Shown here piece by piece: positions 13,101-28,100 of a stretch of 64,000 nt of DNA. Location of the stretch: the NCBI GenBank assembly GCA_963924565.1, contig OZ004615.1:7564001-7628000 (forward strand). Direction: 5' to 3'. Position numbers and translations under genes: made by a program. Numbering within the stretch: position 1 is the first letter of the stretch; the number at the start of each line of letters is the position of its first letter. The notes under the pieces were generated by a model, which saw only the letters and a list, made by a program, of their open reading frames with translations, had not been told where the DNA came from and ran no database searches. This DNA is from Ascidiella aspersa (Eukaryota).

Positions 13101-16100
13101 ATGACGTGGCTCAGTCCCGAACAGGACGGAGGAGCGCAGATCAACAACTACGCGGTGATGAAGCGCGAAAAGGAAAACGACACCTGGACAGAGGTGGCCG
13201 GGTCTGTGGCCAGAACCACCCTCAAGGTAAGGATTACATAAGGGAACTATTCAGACAAACAGAACCACTGGGTCTTAAAGCTTAACTGCTCTTTTAAGAA
13301 AGTTCGGCAACGGTTTAATGTACTTCGCTTTGTGTTATTTGACCCAGAAGCTTTACTAAATTTAAAAATTCATACCCTTTGTATACATAATTAAAAACTT
13401 GCTTCCGATTTTTTGCAGGTCGGCCGCTTGGCGAGGGACCAGGAATACTTGTTCCGCGTCTTCGCCGAGAACCGTTTCGGCCGTTCGGATCCCCTCGACT
13501 CCAAGCCGATCCTGGTGCAGTACCCCTTCAGCCGGCCCGGCGTGCCCGGACAGCCCGAGGTGGCCAAGTGCACCAGGGACACGGTGCTGCTCAAATGGGA
13601 AGCGCCGGCGTCCGACGGAGGTAAGCAACGGAAGAGTTTGGCTGCCATGTTTTGTCTACACACTTGTATAACATGATTTAAGTGTAATTCACTTGAATAA
13701 CATGATTTAGGTGTAACTTACTGTGAGAAAACATTTGGAGGTCGTGATTTGGCGGTCTTATTGATTTATTTTTTGTCTTCAGGCGACAAAGTGTTTGCCT
13801 ATCACGTCGAAAAGAAGGACAGGAATGCTATTCTTTGGACACCGGCCACAAAAGCACCAGCGAAAGACATTTCGCTCAAGGTAACATAGCCCAACATACA
13901 TAGCCCAACATACAAAACCATACAACCTTTCAAAGGCTTCAAAATCTCCGAAAACTGGCATTATGCGGCATAATTGTATTTAATATTCAATTTTTGATCG
14001 CTTTTTGTAGATTTCCGGACTTACCGAGAACCTCGAGTACCAGTTCCGCGTCTGCGCCGAAAACCAGGCTGGCGTGGGCAAGTTCTCGCGTCCGTCGGAG
14101 GGCGCAGTGTGCCGGGACAACGTGGACCGACCGGGCCGGCCCGAGGTGACCGAGGTCGGAAGGACCACAGCCACCGTGGAATGGACCAAGCCGGAATACG
14201 ACGGCGGGGCAAAGATAACTGGTCAGTGGAATTGTCGCTATCTCGTTTAAAATGCTTTAAAATACCATTATATGAGTAATTAAGCTCTTATTGATGTTTA
14301 CAAATCCATCTTGTTTAGGCTACACAATCGAACGACGTGAGCTGCCCACTGGCCGTTGGCTGAAGTGCAACTTTAGCAACGTGATCGAGACCACGTTCGC
14401 CGTGACCGGACTCACGGAAAACAGCGACTACATCTTCAGGTAAAAAGCACATTTTACTAAACACCTCCAGAAAAACGTAAAGATAAAATAAGCTTAAAGC
14501 CAGTGGAAACAGACATGCTTACGTCACAGGCATTTCCATATAGCAGTGCCCACAAAAAGACAGCCTAAGAAGTGACTTAAACTAACATGTCACCACATTC
14601 ACTTTCCAGGGTCTTTGCAAAGAACGCGAGCGGCAGCGTTTCGGAGGAGAGCGAGTCCTCGGATGCGGTGACTTGCCGCGATGAGGTGCGACCTCCGAGG
14701 GTCGAGTTCGACGCCAAGCTCCGCGATACACTCGTCGTCAAGGCGGGAGAGAGCGTAAAGCTTCTGGCAAGGATTTCAGGTAATTTTGAAGGAGTCTGGC
14801 GTAAAAATGGATAGAAATAGCAAAAACGTACTGTTGGCTGAAAATTGCATTGTAACGCTTACCAGCTTAATAACGCTAAACTTCTCACGCAGGAAAACCG
14901 CTGCCGTCCGTCCAGTGGCAGAAGGATGACGTCACGCTGGAGGAGAGCAACCTCCTCGGCGTCATCAACTCTGACGCGGACAGCCTTGTGCACATCCGTG
15001 ACGCGCGTAGGACCGACTCAGGTCAATACGCTATCAACCTGAAGAACGCAGCCGGTTCAAGGAGCCTTACTGTGAGCCTCAAGGTTCTGGACAGACCCGG
15101 GCCTCCTGAGAAGGTGGCCGCCAATGACGTCACGGCCAGCCGGGCCAAGTTGTCCTGGACGGCGCCGCGTGACGACGGTGGCAACGCAATTAGCCACTAT
15201 GTGGTCGAGAAGCGTGAGACGAGCCGCCTGGCCTGGACCCTCGTGTCCAACGAGGTTTGTTTACATTTAAATATTTAAAAAATGCAAGAATGTACAATAG
15301 TGCCAAGAGTATCTTTATTGTTTAGAATAGCCTGGGTTTTAATTAGTTATTTGTTGAAAATTCGTACAATTTTCTGGGCCTATGGTATTCCAATGCCTTT
15401 TATGACATGTGTTTCAAATTTATATTAAGCTTTTAGATAACCTTTACTTTGTTACTCGAGTTCTACCTTCAACATAATTATTCTTGAATAGCACCTTCTA
15501 AATTTTAACTCGAAAATATAATAAATCAAAAACGGGCAAAGCCTGAAATATTAATTTCGTAAACTGTAACTTAACGCATTAATTTTACCCAATAGGTCGA
15601 AGGCACCTCCCTGCGAGTCAACAACTTGCTCGAGAGCAACGAGTACGTCTTCCGCGTGATGGGCGTCAACAAGTACGGCCAGGGCGACGCCGGCGAATCG
15701 CAGCCGGTCAAGGCGGTCAACCCGTTCGTGCTGGCCGGACGCCCCGGTCAGCCCGAGATCACCAACGTGACCAGGGACTCGTGCGTGCTGACCTGGACCC
15801 GGCCCGCAAGCGACGGCGGCGCCGAAGTCACCAACTACGTATTGGAGAAACGTGAAAGGCGAGTAATTTAGGCTATTGACTTGGTGTGGAATTTGTGGGA
15901 AAACGACCAAAAAAGCAAATTCATAATCTTATCATAATCCTTGGCTTACATCCATGCTTATCTTAACTTTTTGTGTTTTAGGATTAATTCAAGTTTAAAG
16001 CTTAACAGATTCTCACTTGATTTACATTCGCTATTGGTTTATTATATCATTAGATTATAACATATGCTTATTGCTTATCTTTATGTTTTGCGTTTTTGGG

Positions 16101-19100
16101 TAAACTCGATGTAATTTAAAGCTCAACAGTAACTTACTTGTTTTGCTTTCGGCTAACTCGCTTTGCTCTTTGGTTGCGCAGAAAGGGAACTCGCTGGGTT
16201 CGCGCTACTCGCAAGAACGTGAGCGAGTGCCGCTTCCGACTCACCGGACTGCCAGAGGGCAACGAAATCGAGTTCCGAGTAGCGGCCGAGAACGCCGCCG
16301 GAACCGGAGAGCCCTCGGAACCGTCAACCTACGCTCACATCGTCGACCCGATTTACCCGCCTGGTATGTCATTATAAAACAGTTTGTGACGTAACAATGT
16401 TGTTTACTTTTAAAATGTAATATTGTTTAAATCTTCAAATGATTACCTTAAAGGTCCGCCAGCCAACTTGAAGACCACCGAGACGACGCGCAAGAGCGCC
16501 ACCCTGGCCTGGACCAAGCCGATGTACGACGGAGGCAGTGACGTCATGGGCTACGTCATCCAGTACGCTGCGGCCAAGGGCGATGACGAGGTGTCGGAAG
16601 ACGCCTGGGTGAAGTGCCCGGTGCCCGTGCGTTACTTGCTCACCGAATACACGGTGTGCGACCTGGTCGAAAACCAACAGTACAAGCTCAGGTATGTTTG
16701 GGTGTGAATTACATTTTTATTATAAATCATTAAAATCCAATTTTGAGACCTTTTTAAACTTCGTAAAAGCTTGCAAAGCTTTGCAATGTCAAGATGTCGC
16801 TTTATGGAGTCAGCTGGTCATTACTAGAAGTAGTAGAAATTTGATTAAAAAAATCGCCTTAAACCGGTCTTCATACTCTAACACTTTACAATTACAGGAT
16901 CGCTGCGGTGAACAAGGCCGGCCCCGGCGAATTCGCCCAGGTACCCGGCCTAGTTGTGGCCAAGGACCTTCTTTTGGTCCCGGACATGGACATCGACGCG
17001 AGCCTGAGGCAGGCGCTCAAGGTCAAAGCGGGCAACTCGATCCGCCTGTTCGCCACCTACCGGGGAAGTCCTGCGCCCGAGATCACGTGGCGCCTGGACG
17101 AAGGGAAACTCCCCGACGCGGCGCACGTCGACACCACTGATTCGACAACTTTGATGCTCATCGAAGATTCGACGAGGTTTGGAGATTTTTGTAATAGATA
17201 AAATACACCTATTTTCTTACAAGCATTTTCCTATCTTATATAAAAACAGCTATTTTCTTAATAAATGATAAGCACGTTTTCCTATCTTATAAAAAACAGA
17301 TATTTTCTTATTAGCACTTTTTCGTATCTTAATCTCAACACCCCGAGCTAATCCACGTCCAATTTATCCCAGGAACCACAGCGGCAAGTACGGTCTCACC
17401 CTGGAGAACAGCGCCGGGTCTAAAACAGCCACGGTCAGTGTCGTGGTGCTGGACAGTCCGTCGGCGCCGGTCAAGCTGGCCGTCAAGGACGTGACCAAGG
17501 AATCGGCGACCCTTACCTGGGAACCGCCGACCAACGACGGCGGCAGCGTGGTGAACCACTACATCGTCGAAAAGAAGGAGACCACTAAAAAGGCCTGGTC
17601 CACTGTCACGATGACATGCGTCCGAAATTCATTTAAGGTATATTTTGCAAAAAAGTTTAAACCATTAGCTCCAGTAGTTTTTAACCTTTTCAGTTTTGTA
17701 AGTCCTGTGAAAAACTTAATAGAATTGAACGAATCCATTTTACATATTAAAAAGTTATAATTAATCACCTAATGAATAAACACTTTAAAAAAATCTCAAT
17801 AATATCCATTCAAAGTAAACCCTAATATTTACAAAGTTTTTTGAGCAGTTCAAAATAGCACGTCCTTTGTCATTGCCAAAGTAACCACCGTCAAAGTAGA
17901 ATTTTAGCTTCAGGCGAAAATTGCCGATAAAATAAGTACCATTGGTTTAAACTATAACAAAAATCGACCAACTCTTTACAGGTTCTCAACCTGAACGAGG
18001 GAATGAGCTACTATTTCCGCGTGATGGCCGAGAACGAGTACGGCATCGGCGCCGCCTGCGAGACCCCGGGGGCCGTGAAGGCGTCTGAGGTTCCGAGCGC
18101 CCCTGGGCGTCTCGAGGTCACACAGACAACGTGCAACAGCGTGTCGTTGGCCTGGGCCAAGGCAGAGACGGACGGTGGCAGTAAAGTGACAGGTATGTGT
18201 CATGATCAGCATTAGCTTGAAAAACAAGTTTCAAGATTGGTTAATGGTTATGCAAATATGAAATATAATTTTTCCCTACATATTTCATAATACCTTGCCT
18301 AAAGGTATAACACACTTGTCACATGTAATTTGCCATCCAATTACAATCATTTTCCCCTATATAACCTCTTGTTATCGCACCAACAAACTAAATGCATCAC
18401 ATCTCCTCTTCCGAAGGTTACCTGATCGAATACCGCGACGCGGCTTCTGAGCAGTGGAAGCAGGCCTCTCAAGTGAAGGGCCTCTCGGGCACCGTGGGTC
18501 GCCTCTCGGAGGGCAAGGACTACTGCTTCAGGGTGAAAGCGCTTAACGAGAACGGATTGGGAGATGCGCGCGAACTGATGCAACCGGTTACAGCCAAGGA
18601 CGAGGTAAAGATGTTAAAAAAGTTTCAACTGAAATAAGTCATAATTGAAATAATTTAAGATGCTTGGTTCCAAATAAAAAGGGGAAAATTATGTTTAAAA
18701 ATCTCAATGTTTTAATTCAGGTTGAGCCAGCCGCTATCGACTTCGGCGGCCTTTCATCGTTGGTCTTCTACGCCAAGAAGGGCAGTGACGTCAAGGCCAA
18801 GGTCGCCCTGGTGGGAAAACCCCTGCCGGTTGCGCAGTGGCGACGCGACGGCGACGAACTGCGTCAGACCAGCCGCGTGAACGTGGAAGCGTTGGAAAAC
18901 TACACGATACTGACCATTAAAAGTACGCACGAAATGCCGAAACTTTAAAATTTTTGTTGGGGATAAATTATGATGTTGAACCATGCGTTCTAGATTTTAG
19001 GAAACTAAAATAAAATAACTCCTACTTAGACTGCATCGTGGAAGACGCCGGCGACTACGAGCTGACCGTGTCCAACCTGATGGGCAAAAAGACGGCCAAG

Positions 19101-22100
19101 GTCCAAGTGGTGGTCTACGATAAGCCGGGCGCGCCCAAGGGACCGGTCCGCTTCGACCAGGTCACTGCCGAATCTGTGACCTTGTCCTGGGACGAGCCGG
19201 CCTTTACCGGCGGCTGTCAGATCGCCAACTACATCGTCGAGAAGCGAGAGGCCACCAGCACTGTAAGTGTACACTACAGTTTTGGGGGGTTTGAGGCTTC
19301 ATTTTGACCATTGTTTGGCTTAGGCCATTTAAAAATTGTTGATTTAATTTAAATTTTGGGAGATTCCATCATTCTGTCAAGAAATCCTAATTATTCGATC
19401 TAAAACTCAAATCCGCCCAATTTAAGAGCGCTATGAGTCAGAATATCCTATTAAACCTTCAGACATTTTTTACCGGTCACTTACACATTTGTATTCAACT
19501 GCTAATAAAAACAACTAAAACGCCTTAATTTCAGGTCTGGACCATGGTTTCGGCAGCCTGCGCTCGCGCCACCGTCAAAGCTACAAAGCTGAGTAAAGGA
19601 ACAGAATACCTCTTCCGCATCAAGGCCGAGAACCGCTTCGGTCTGGGTCCGGTACTCACCTCAGACCCCGTGACCGCCCAGCACCCCTACAAGGCCCCAG
19701 GTGCCCCCAGCCAGCCCCAGGTGGTCCGCGTCACCAAGGACAGCGTGACCCTTCGCTGGTCGGAGCCAGTTAACGACGGCGGGTCAAGCGTAACCGGATA
19801 CCAGATGGAACACAAAGACAGAAACTCGATCCTGTGGCAGGTTCGTGTGTACTCGTACTCGCTACTCTGTTAAAATGCGTACTAATATTGCTCTAAAAAC
19901 CAAATGCGATAAATACTTATTGTTGTGCATTGGAAACTTCAAAATCTCAACTTAACTTGTTTCCTTCTGAGCAGAAAACCAACAAGATCACGATTTCGGA
20001 GACCGAGTACAGGGCGAGCGGACTCGATCAGGGACTCGAGTACGAGTTCCGCGTCTACGCGCAGAACGCGGCCGGCATGAGTAAGGCGAGTCGGAGTACC
20101 GACCTCGTACTCTGCCGCGATCCGATCGAGGCACCCGGAAGGCCGGAAGCCCTGCAGGTAAATAAATTGTATAAATTTGTAAAAAAATAATTTGTATAAA
20201 GTCGTGAAACTGCACGATATGCAACTTCAATAAAGCTGTACTTAGTTAGAATCAATTACAAATCTTAAAGGCTCTTTGCATAACCACAGTTAATGCTTTC
20301 CTAAATATTAAAAGCGTCGCATCACTTTGGTGTCCAGTCCTAATTTCTTGGAAACGAATTTCTCCTCACACTCTTGGCACGTCACAGGTCGGAAGCCGTT
20401 ACGTCACTGTCGAGTGGACCAAGCCGAGTTACGACGGCGGCAGCACACTGACCGGCTACAGCGTCGAAAAGCGCGAACTGCCGGACGGACGCTGGTCCAA
20501 GGCCAACTTCGGCAACGTGTCTGAGACGCACTTCAAGGTGGACGGACTCACCGAGGGAAGGAAATACGAGTTCCGCGTTTGCGCCAAGAACGCGATAGGT
20601 TAGTGGACTTTCTGCGACGAATAAAATATTTTAAATAGTAAAACTTGTTTCACATAATGAAAAGCCGACTTCAAATTTTGTATTTCTACTTGCTGCCTTA
20701 TAAAAAACACAATTTTAATACCATTTTTGACAACAAAATTTATTCTCTTGCTTGTAATGACACTGTTAAACAAAACTTAGAAACTTTACAGCTTCGACTT
20801 TTTCTTCTTTTCCACTTTCCACTTTTACTGAAAAATGGGTTAAAGACTGCGAAACCTAGTCGCTTTTCCATGAACTTTTACTGGACCGCCAACCATCTAC
20901 AAAACAATTGCCAGCACCAGCCTGACATAACGTTTTTAACCAGGTTCGGTGTCCGAGCCTTCCGAGCCCTCTTCGCCTGTGCTTTGCCGCGACGAGCTCG
21001 ACCCGCCCAGTCTCGAGTACGACCAGTCGCTGCGTGACACGCAAGTGGTGCGCGCAGGCGACACTGCCAAGTTCACGATCCGCATCTACGGCAAGCCGCC
21101 GCCTTCCGTGCGCTGGTGTAAGGAGGGCCGCGACATCGAGGTTTCGCCGCGGGTCAAAGTAGAGCACACGACCACATACACAACGCTGCAGATCGCAGAC
21201 ACGACAAGACGCGATACAGGTACATTTCCGATGTTTCCCCGTCTTTTCGTATTTTGGTTTCTTAAACGTACTCTTACCTGAATTTGGATTGTAAAGTTTT
21301 AAATTTCGAAAATTCAACACCCAAAAGCACCCTGATAGATTATTTCAGCTCTGGTTCTTATCAGCATATTTAAATTTGAGTTTTTTGTCTAATTTTTTTC
21401 GAATAAGGTCAGTCTTTAACTAGTGCAATGCACTTCGCCTACTAAGTTTTCATAATCTTTGGAAATTTAGCAATATAATGGCATGCATTGAGTTACAACT
21501 TTTTACATTTCCAGGACAATACACCCTGATCCTGGCCAACGACGCCGGCGAGCGTTCCATGACGCTACAACTCAAGGTCTTGGACATCCCTGGCGCGGTG
21601 CGACACCTGGCGGTCGAGGACGTGACGGCCAGTAGGTGCACAGTGACGTGGGACGCCCCCTGCGAAGACGGGGGCAGCCAGATCACCAACTACGTGGTTG
21701 AGAAGCGCGAGACGAGCCGAATCACTTGGACGCAGGTCGCCTCAGAACTGCAGACGCGCTACATCAAGATCGGCCACCTCATCAAGGACCACGAGTACAT
21801 CTTCAGGTGCGCAGAAGTTTGGAAATGCTTTTTACGGCCGAATAAATGTGTAGCGCGTAGTTTTTTTGTAATAATGGCCATCAGCTATAAATATCAATAC
21901 TAGATTTTATGTACATATACTGTAGGCAAAGATTTCGGGTTGGCAGCTGGCATTATAAAAAAAATGGAAAACAAACCTTAAATCAACTCTTTACTGAATT
22001 CTTCAAAGGTTACATACATAGCTTTAAACCTCTGGCAAAGCAAACATTAAAATACTAACCCTAACGATTTCAACCGAAAATTTGGCTTATTTGACCAAAA

Positions 22101-25100
22101 AAATCCCCACTTTCAGGGTGCGCGCCGAGAACAAGTTCGGGCTGGGTGACGTCACCGAGTCGGCGCCGGTGGTCACCAAGAACCCGTTCAAGGTGCCCGG
22201 GGCGCCCGGCAAGCCGGAGGCCACCAACGTGCACAGCAAGGGCCTGATCCTGACCTGGGCGCGACCGGAAAGCGACGGCGGCTCGGAGATTTGCAACTAC
22301 GTGGTCGAGAAGCGCGAAAAGCTCGGCGCCAAGTGGTTCCGAGTGACGTCACGCCAGATCGAGGAGTGCCGCCTGAAGGTGTCTGGTCTGCAGGAGGGAC
22401 AGGAGTACGAGTTCCAGGTAAAAAAGCCCTGATAGAAACTAGAAATCATTTTCACAATTGTCCGGAAACCCGATCACATCCCTCTTGACAGTTTTTCCAA
22501 CTTTTTCGTAATTTTTTTATGAGTTCCAGATTATGTAATTTGTTTACTTTGAAAGACTTAATACGCAGCTTTTTATCCTTCAATCTGAATTATATTGCCT
22601 GGAATTGTATTGCTTAATAACGCCCTACCACATATCTTGCCTTAGACCGAACTTACCCTGTTATTTCAAATTCAGTTTATTTTCACATTCCGAATGTCAT
22701 TTTTTTTACTTAGTTTTGCTAAAAACAGTATTTTGTCAGCGCATATCCTCACCGCCACTTATTTATTTCAGGTTATGGCCCAGAACGACGAGGGCGTCGG
22801 TCCTGCCGGCCCCTGTTCCGACTCGGTCATGGTCCGCGACCCCGTGTACGCCCCGGGCGAGCCAAGGACGCCAAAGGTTGTCGACACCACAAGGAGTTCG
22901 ATCAGCCTCGCCTGGTCGACGCCAACATACGACGGCGGAAGTTCGGTAAGTTTACAAATCAGCTATATAAAAGGCTTTTAGAGTTTTGGCTAATTGTCCG
23001 TTCAGAGATTGATAAAATTTGTTGTGCTCTCTAAATTTCAAAAGCTTTACACTGCTTCTTGTCCTTAGATCACCGGCTACAGCGTCGAAGTCCTTGCTGA
23101 AGACGCTGACGAGGAAGACTGGGTCGCTTGTACGCCAAGCTGCGGTGTTATTGGCACCCAGTACACGATCAGTGGACTTCAGAATGAGAAGGGATACAAG
23201 ATCAGGATCAAGGCGATCAACGCAGCTGGATCCGGCAACCCGGTCCAACTGCCCAGCGCCGTTCAACCCAAGGACATTCTCATTGCGCCAGAGATCGAAG
23301 TGGACGCCGACGTCGGTCAGTTTGTCACCGTCCGAGCGGGCGGCGTCATTCGCTTGTTCAGCTTGATCCGAGGTCGCCCGACTCCGACAGCCAAGTGGTC
23401 CAAGGAAAAGGGACAACTTAACGACATGGCCCAGATCGAGACCACTAGCATCTCGTCGCTCCTTGTCATCAACAACTGCTCCAGGGAAGACGCGGGACGC
23501 TACACTCTCACGCTCGAGAACTCGTCGGGCACTAAGTGCGTGTCCATCACTGTCAAGGTCCTAGACACGCCCGGGCCCGTCAAGACCCTCAAGGTGACCG
23601 AGGTCACACGCGAGCACGTCATCATCAACTGGGAGGCGCCGGAGCAGGACGGAGGAGCCGTGGTGTCCAACTACGTCATCGAGAAGCGCGAGACCACGCG
23701 AAAGGCCTACCAGGCTGTGGGCAGCACGCCGCACAGGACCAGCTTCAAGGTGACAGGGCTCACAGAAGGCGACACCTACTTCTTTAGGGTTATTGCCGAG
23801 AACGAGCACGGTCTTGGCGTGCCTTGCGAAACAACGCAGGCCACCAAGGTGTCAGAGGCTCCCAGTCTTCCGGAAAAGGTAGATGTTGAGGAGGTGACCG
23901 ACACGACTGTGACCCTCGCCTGGACGAAGCCAGAGCACGACGGCGGCAGTCCTATTACAGGCTACGTTGTCGAGCAAACGCAAAAGGGCGGATTCGAATC
24001 TTGGACGGTGGCCGGGTCTACCAAGAACACACGCTTGACTGTAGGCAAGCTGACCACCGGCAAGGATTACGTGTTCCGCATCCGTGCCCAGAACGAAACC
24101 GGCATCTCGGACGGGCGTGAGACGAGCTCTGTAAATGTTCGTGAAGTGCTCATAGCCCCGAGTGTGGACACTAGTCGACTTTTCAACAACACAGTGTCCG
24201 AAAAGGTGGGCACAAACGTGAAGGTGTCGATCCCGTTCGCCGGCAAGCCAACGCCTATTGCCTACTTCTTGCGCGATGGCGAAGAGCTGAAGCAGACCAG
24301 CCGCGTCAACTCAGAAACGAGCCAAGGCGCAGCCAAGCTTAACATCGGCGAAGTTTCGCGAAAGGACGCCGGCGATTACGACTTGGTCGTCAAGAACTCT
24401 GTTGGCACCAAGCAGATAAAACTGCACGTCACCGTCATGGAGAAGCCGTCGGCGCCGTCAGGGCCTATGGAAATTCGTGACGTCACCGCTGAGAGCGCCA
24501 CAGTGGCCTGGGAAGCCCCTGCCGAAGACGGCGGCACCCCCGTGACCCACTACACGCTCGAGAAGCTGGACAGCTCAGTGGGATGGGTGGAAGTCTCCGG
24601 ATTCGTGGTTCGAACCACGCAGAAGGTGACTCGTCTCGTCACCGGGCAAGAGTACATCTTCCGTGTGCGCGCCGCCAATAAATTCGGCCTCAGCGAGCCC
24701 CTGGACTCAGCGCCGGTGTTGGCACGTCACCCATTCAACAAGCCCGGGGCCCCAGGGGCACCGCAGATCGACCAGGTTTCGAGTGACGCTGTCGTCATCA
24801 GCTGGCAGGAGCCGGCCAACGACGGAGGCTCGCCCATCCTCGGCTACCACATCGAGCGTAAGGACCGCAACTCGATTCTCTGGGCCAAGGCTAACAGCTA
24901 CTCGGTTAAAGACAACTCTTTCCGCTGTGGCAACCTGGCTCCTGGTTTGAGCTACGAGTTCCGCGTCGCAGCCGAGAACCTGGCCGGAATCGGCAAAACG
25001 AGCAAGACTTCGGATTCTGTGATCACGCGCGATCCGATCGAGCCACCGCGCGAAGTGCACGCTTCCAAGGTGAACCGCACACGGATTACAATCAGCTGGC

Positions 25101-28100
25101 GGCGTCCCGAGTACGACGGCGGCAGTCGCATTACCGGCTACGTTGTCGAGAAGCTGGACTTGCCCGACGGGCGCTGGATGAAGTGCAACTTCAACAAGAT
25201 CCTCGACACCTCGTTCGAGGCTGACGGCCTTATCGAAGGCTCGTCCTACGAGTTCCGCGTGATCGCCCAGAACGCGATCGGCAGCGTGAGCAAGCCATCG
25301 ACATCTACTGGTGCCGTGACCGCGCGCGATCTGGTCGAACCGGCCAGCGTCGACGTGGACGCGCAGTTCCGCGACCTGGTCAACGTCAAGGCCGGCGATA
25401 GCGTCACCCTCGTGACCTACGTCAGCGGAAAGCCAGAACCAACGGTCGCCTGGGACAAGGACGGCGTCGATTTCGAGTCGAGTCCAAAGAGGTCGATCAC
25501 AAACACCGACTGCGGATCCAACGTGCTGATCAAGGACTGCAATCGCACCGACAGCGGCGTTTACACCATTAAGGTGCGCAATGCAGGCGGAGAGCGATCC
25601 ATCGGCATCAACGTTAGAGTGCTGGACACCCCAGGCCCTTGCGACAGCGTCAGGGTAAGCGGCGTCACAGCCGAGAAGTGCAACCTCTCCTGGCTAGCTC
25701 CAACTCTCAACGGCGGCGCCAAGGTGTCGACGTACAGCATCGAGAAGCGCGAGACTTCGCGATTGGCCTGGACCGTTGTGACGTCAGCTACTGAGCAGAC
25801 CTCACACAAAGTGACCGGACTGATCCGCGGCAACGAGTACGTCTTCCGCATCCGCGCCGAGAACAAGTTCGGCCCAGGCGAGCCGGTCGAGTCGCCGCCA
25901 GTCAAGGCGGTCGACCCGTACGTGGCGCCTGACGCTCCCAGCAACGTCCAAGTGACGAACGTGATGGGCTCGAGCTGCACCCTCACCTGGGAACGGCCCG
26001 AGTCGGACGGCGGCGCCGAAATCGCCGGCTACATTGTCGAACGCCGCGAGAAGAACTCGTCGCGCTGGCTGCGCGCCAATCGCCGACTCGTGTCCGACTG
26101 TCGCTTGCGAGTCAGCGAGATGAAGGAGGGCTCCGAGCAGGAGTTCCGCGTCTACGCCGAGAACCGCGCCGGCACCGGACAGGCCAGCGACTCTACCGGC
26201 TTCACTCGGATGTCGGACCCGATCTACCCGCCCGAGCAGACCGGAATCCCGCGGGTTGTGGACAGCACAAGGACGTCCGTCACTCTCAAGTGGACTCGTC
26301 CCATGTACGACGGCGGGGCAGACATCGCCGGCTACTCGGTCGAGTACGCTGAGGTATCCGAAACTTCAGACGACAGCGACGAGAGTGAGTTAAGCGAACT
26401 CACTTGGGCGAGGGCAGTCGACGCCTCGCAACTTCGCGTCACAAGCCACACGACCACAGGACTTTCCCCGGACAAGCACTACCGCTTCCGCGTGCGCGCT
26501 CACAACAGCTGCGGTGCCTCGGAGCCTTCCTTGGTACCCGCAAAGGTCACGCCCACAGAGCGACAGGAACCGCCCACTTTCGGGCCGGACGCGGATCTAC
26601 GCCGCACCTTAACAGTAAGGGCTGGAGGATCTGTGCGTCTCGCTGTACCCATTGCCGGGCGCCCGGCCCCTAGCGTCGCCTGGTCGCGTCCAAACAACGG
26701 ACTCAAGGAGCGAGCTATCATCGACACCAGCGACGCAATGACGACTTTGATTCTAGAGAACGTGACCCGGGACGACTCGGCAAAGTACACGCTGACGCTG
26801 GAGAACCAGAGCGGTTCCGTCAACGCTACCGTGCTTGTAAAGGTATTGGACAGCCCAGGGGCCCCTGGCGACCTCGAGGTTACCGGAATGACCAAGAACA
26901 CGGTGTCAGTTACCTGGAAGGCGCCAGAGAACGACGGCGGCAGCACGGTGACCAACTATATCTTGGAGCGCCGTGAAGCGACCAAGAAGTCGTGGTCGAC
27001 TGTGGAAACAGCCTGCAGCCGCACCTCGTACAAATTCAGCAAGCTCAACGAGGGATTCCTATACTACTTCCGCGTAATGGCCGAGAACGAGTACGGCGTT
27101 GGCGCGCCGGCCCAGACCAACAAGCCTCTGAAGGCTTCGGAAGAGCCTGGGCCACCGAGGTCAATCCACTGCACCGACATCACCAAGGACAGTGTCACAT
27201 TGCACTGGAGCAAACCCGATTACGACGGTGGCAGCGAGATTCTGGAGTACAGCATCGACCAGCAACTGAAGGGCTTTGACCAGTGGACCAAACTGAAGAG
27301 CGTAAAGGCCTCCACGCACACGTTCACTGTGAAGTCTCTCAACGAAAATCAACTGCTGACATTCCGCGTTTCGGCTAGGAACGACTCCGGAACCGGACTG
27401 CCGACCGAGCTGCCGGGATACGTCTTGGTTGCCACGCAAACCGCACTTCCCGACGCTGATCTTGGCGGTCTAAGCCAGAAGGTCGTCGAAGGAAAGGCAG
27501 GTAACCTTATCAAGGCTTCCATTCACATCAAAGGAAAGCCGTTCCCGAGCATAACCTGGAAATACGCCGGAGAGGAACTTCCGATGACGAGCCGAATCAA
27601 CTACGATAATGACGGTAGCGTTGCTGTGCTATCGATCAAGGACGCTGAGCTGAAAGACGCAGGCTTGTACGAGCTTGTGCTTGAGAACTGCGTCGGCACC
27701 AAGACCATTCCGGTTTCGGTTCGCGTGTTGGACAAGCCAGCACCGCCCAAGGGCCCAGTCATTTTCTCCAACGTTACTTCCGACTCGCTGGTGATCTCGT
27801 GGAGTCCGCCAGAAGCCGACGGAGGCGCCGCGGTTAATAACTACGTGGTTGACATGCGCGAAACCTCAGGCGACGCAACCGAATGGCGAATGATCTCCGG
27901 GTCAACGGCACGTACCACTCTAAAGGTAACGCGACTTACAACAGGAATGGACTACGCATTCAGGATTCGCGCCGAGAACCGATTTGGCGTTGGCAAGGCT
28001 TTGGAATCGCAAGCGGTCACCGCTCAGTTCCCCTTCAAGACACCAGGTGCTCCGGGCACACCTGAGGTCCTAGCGAACACCCGTGAGACGATGACCATCA

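Noticed and set aside
4163-23068. Introner-like transposon origin for the dense introns
   Set aside because: I saw no shared sequence, TIRs or uniform length among the introns by eye. An all-versus-all alignment would be needed to exclude old families.
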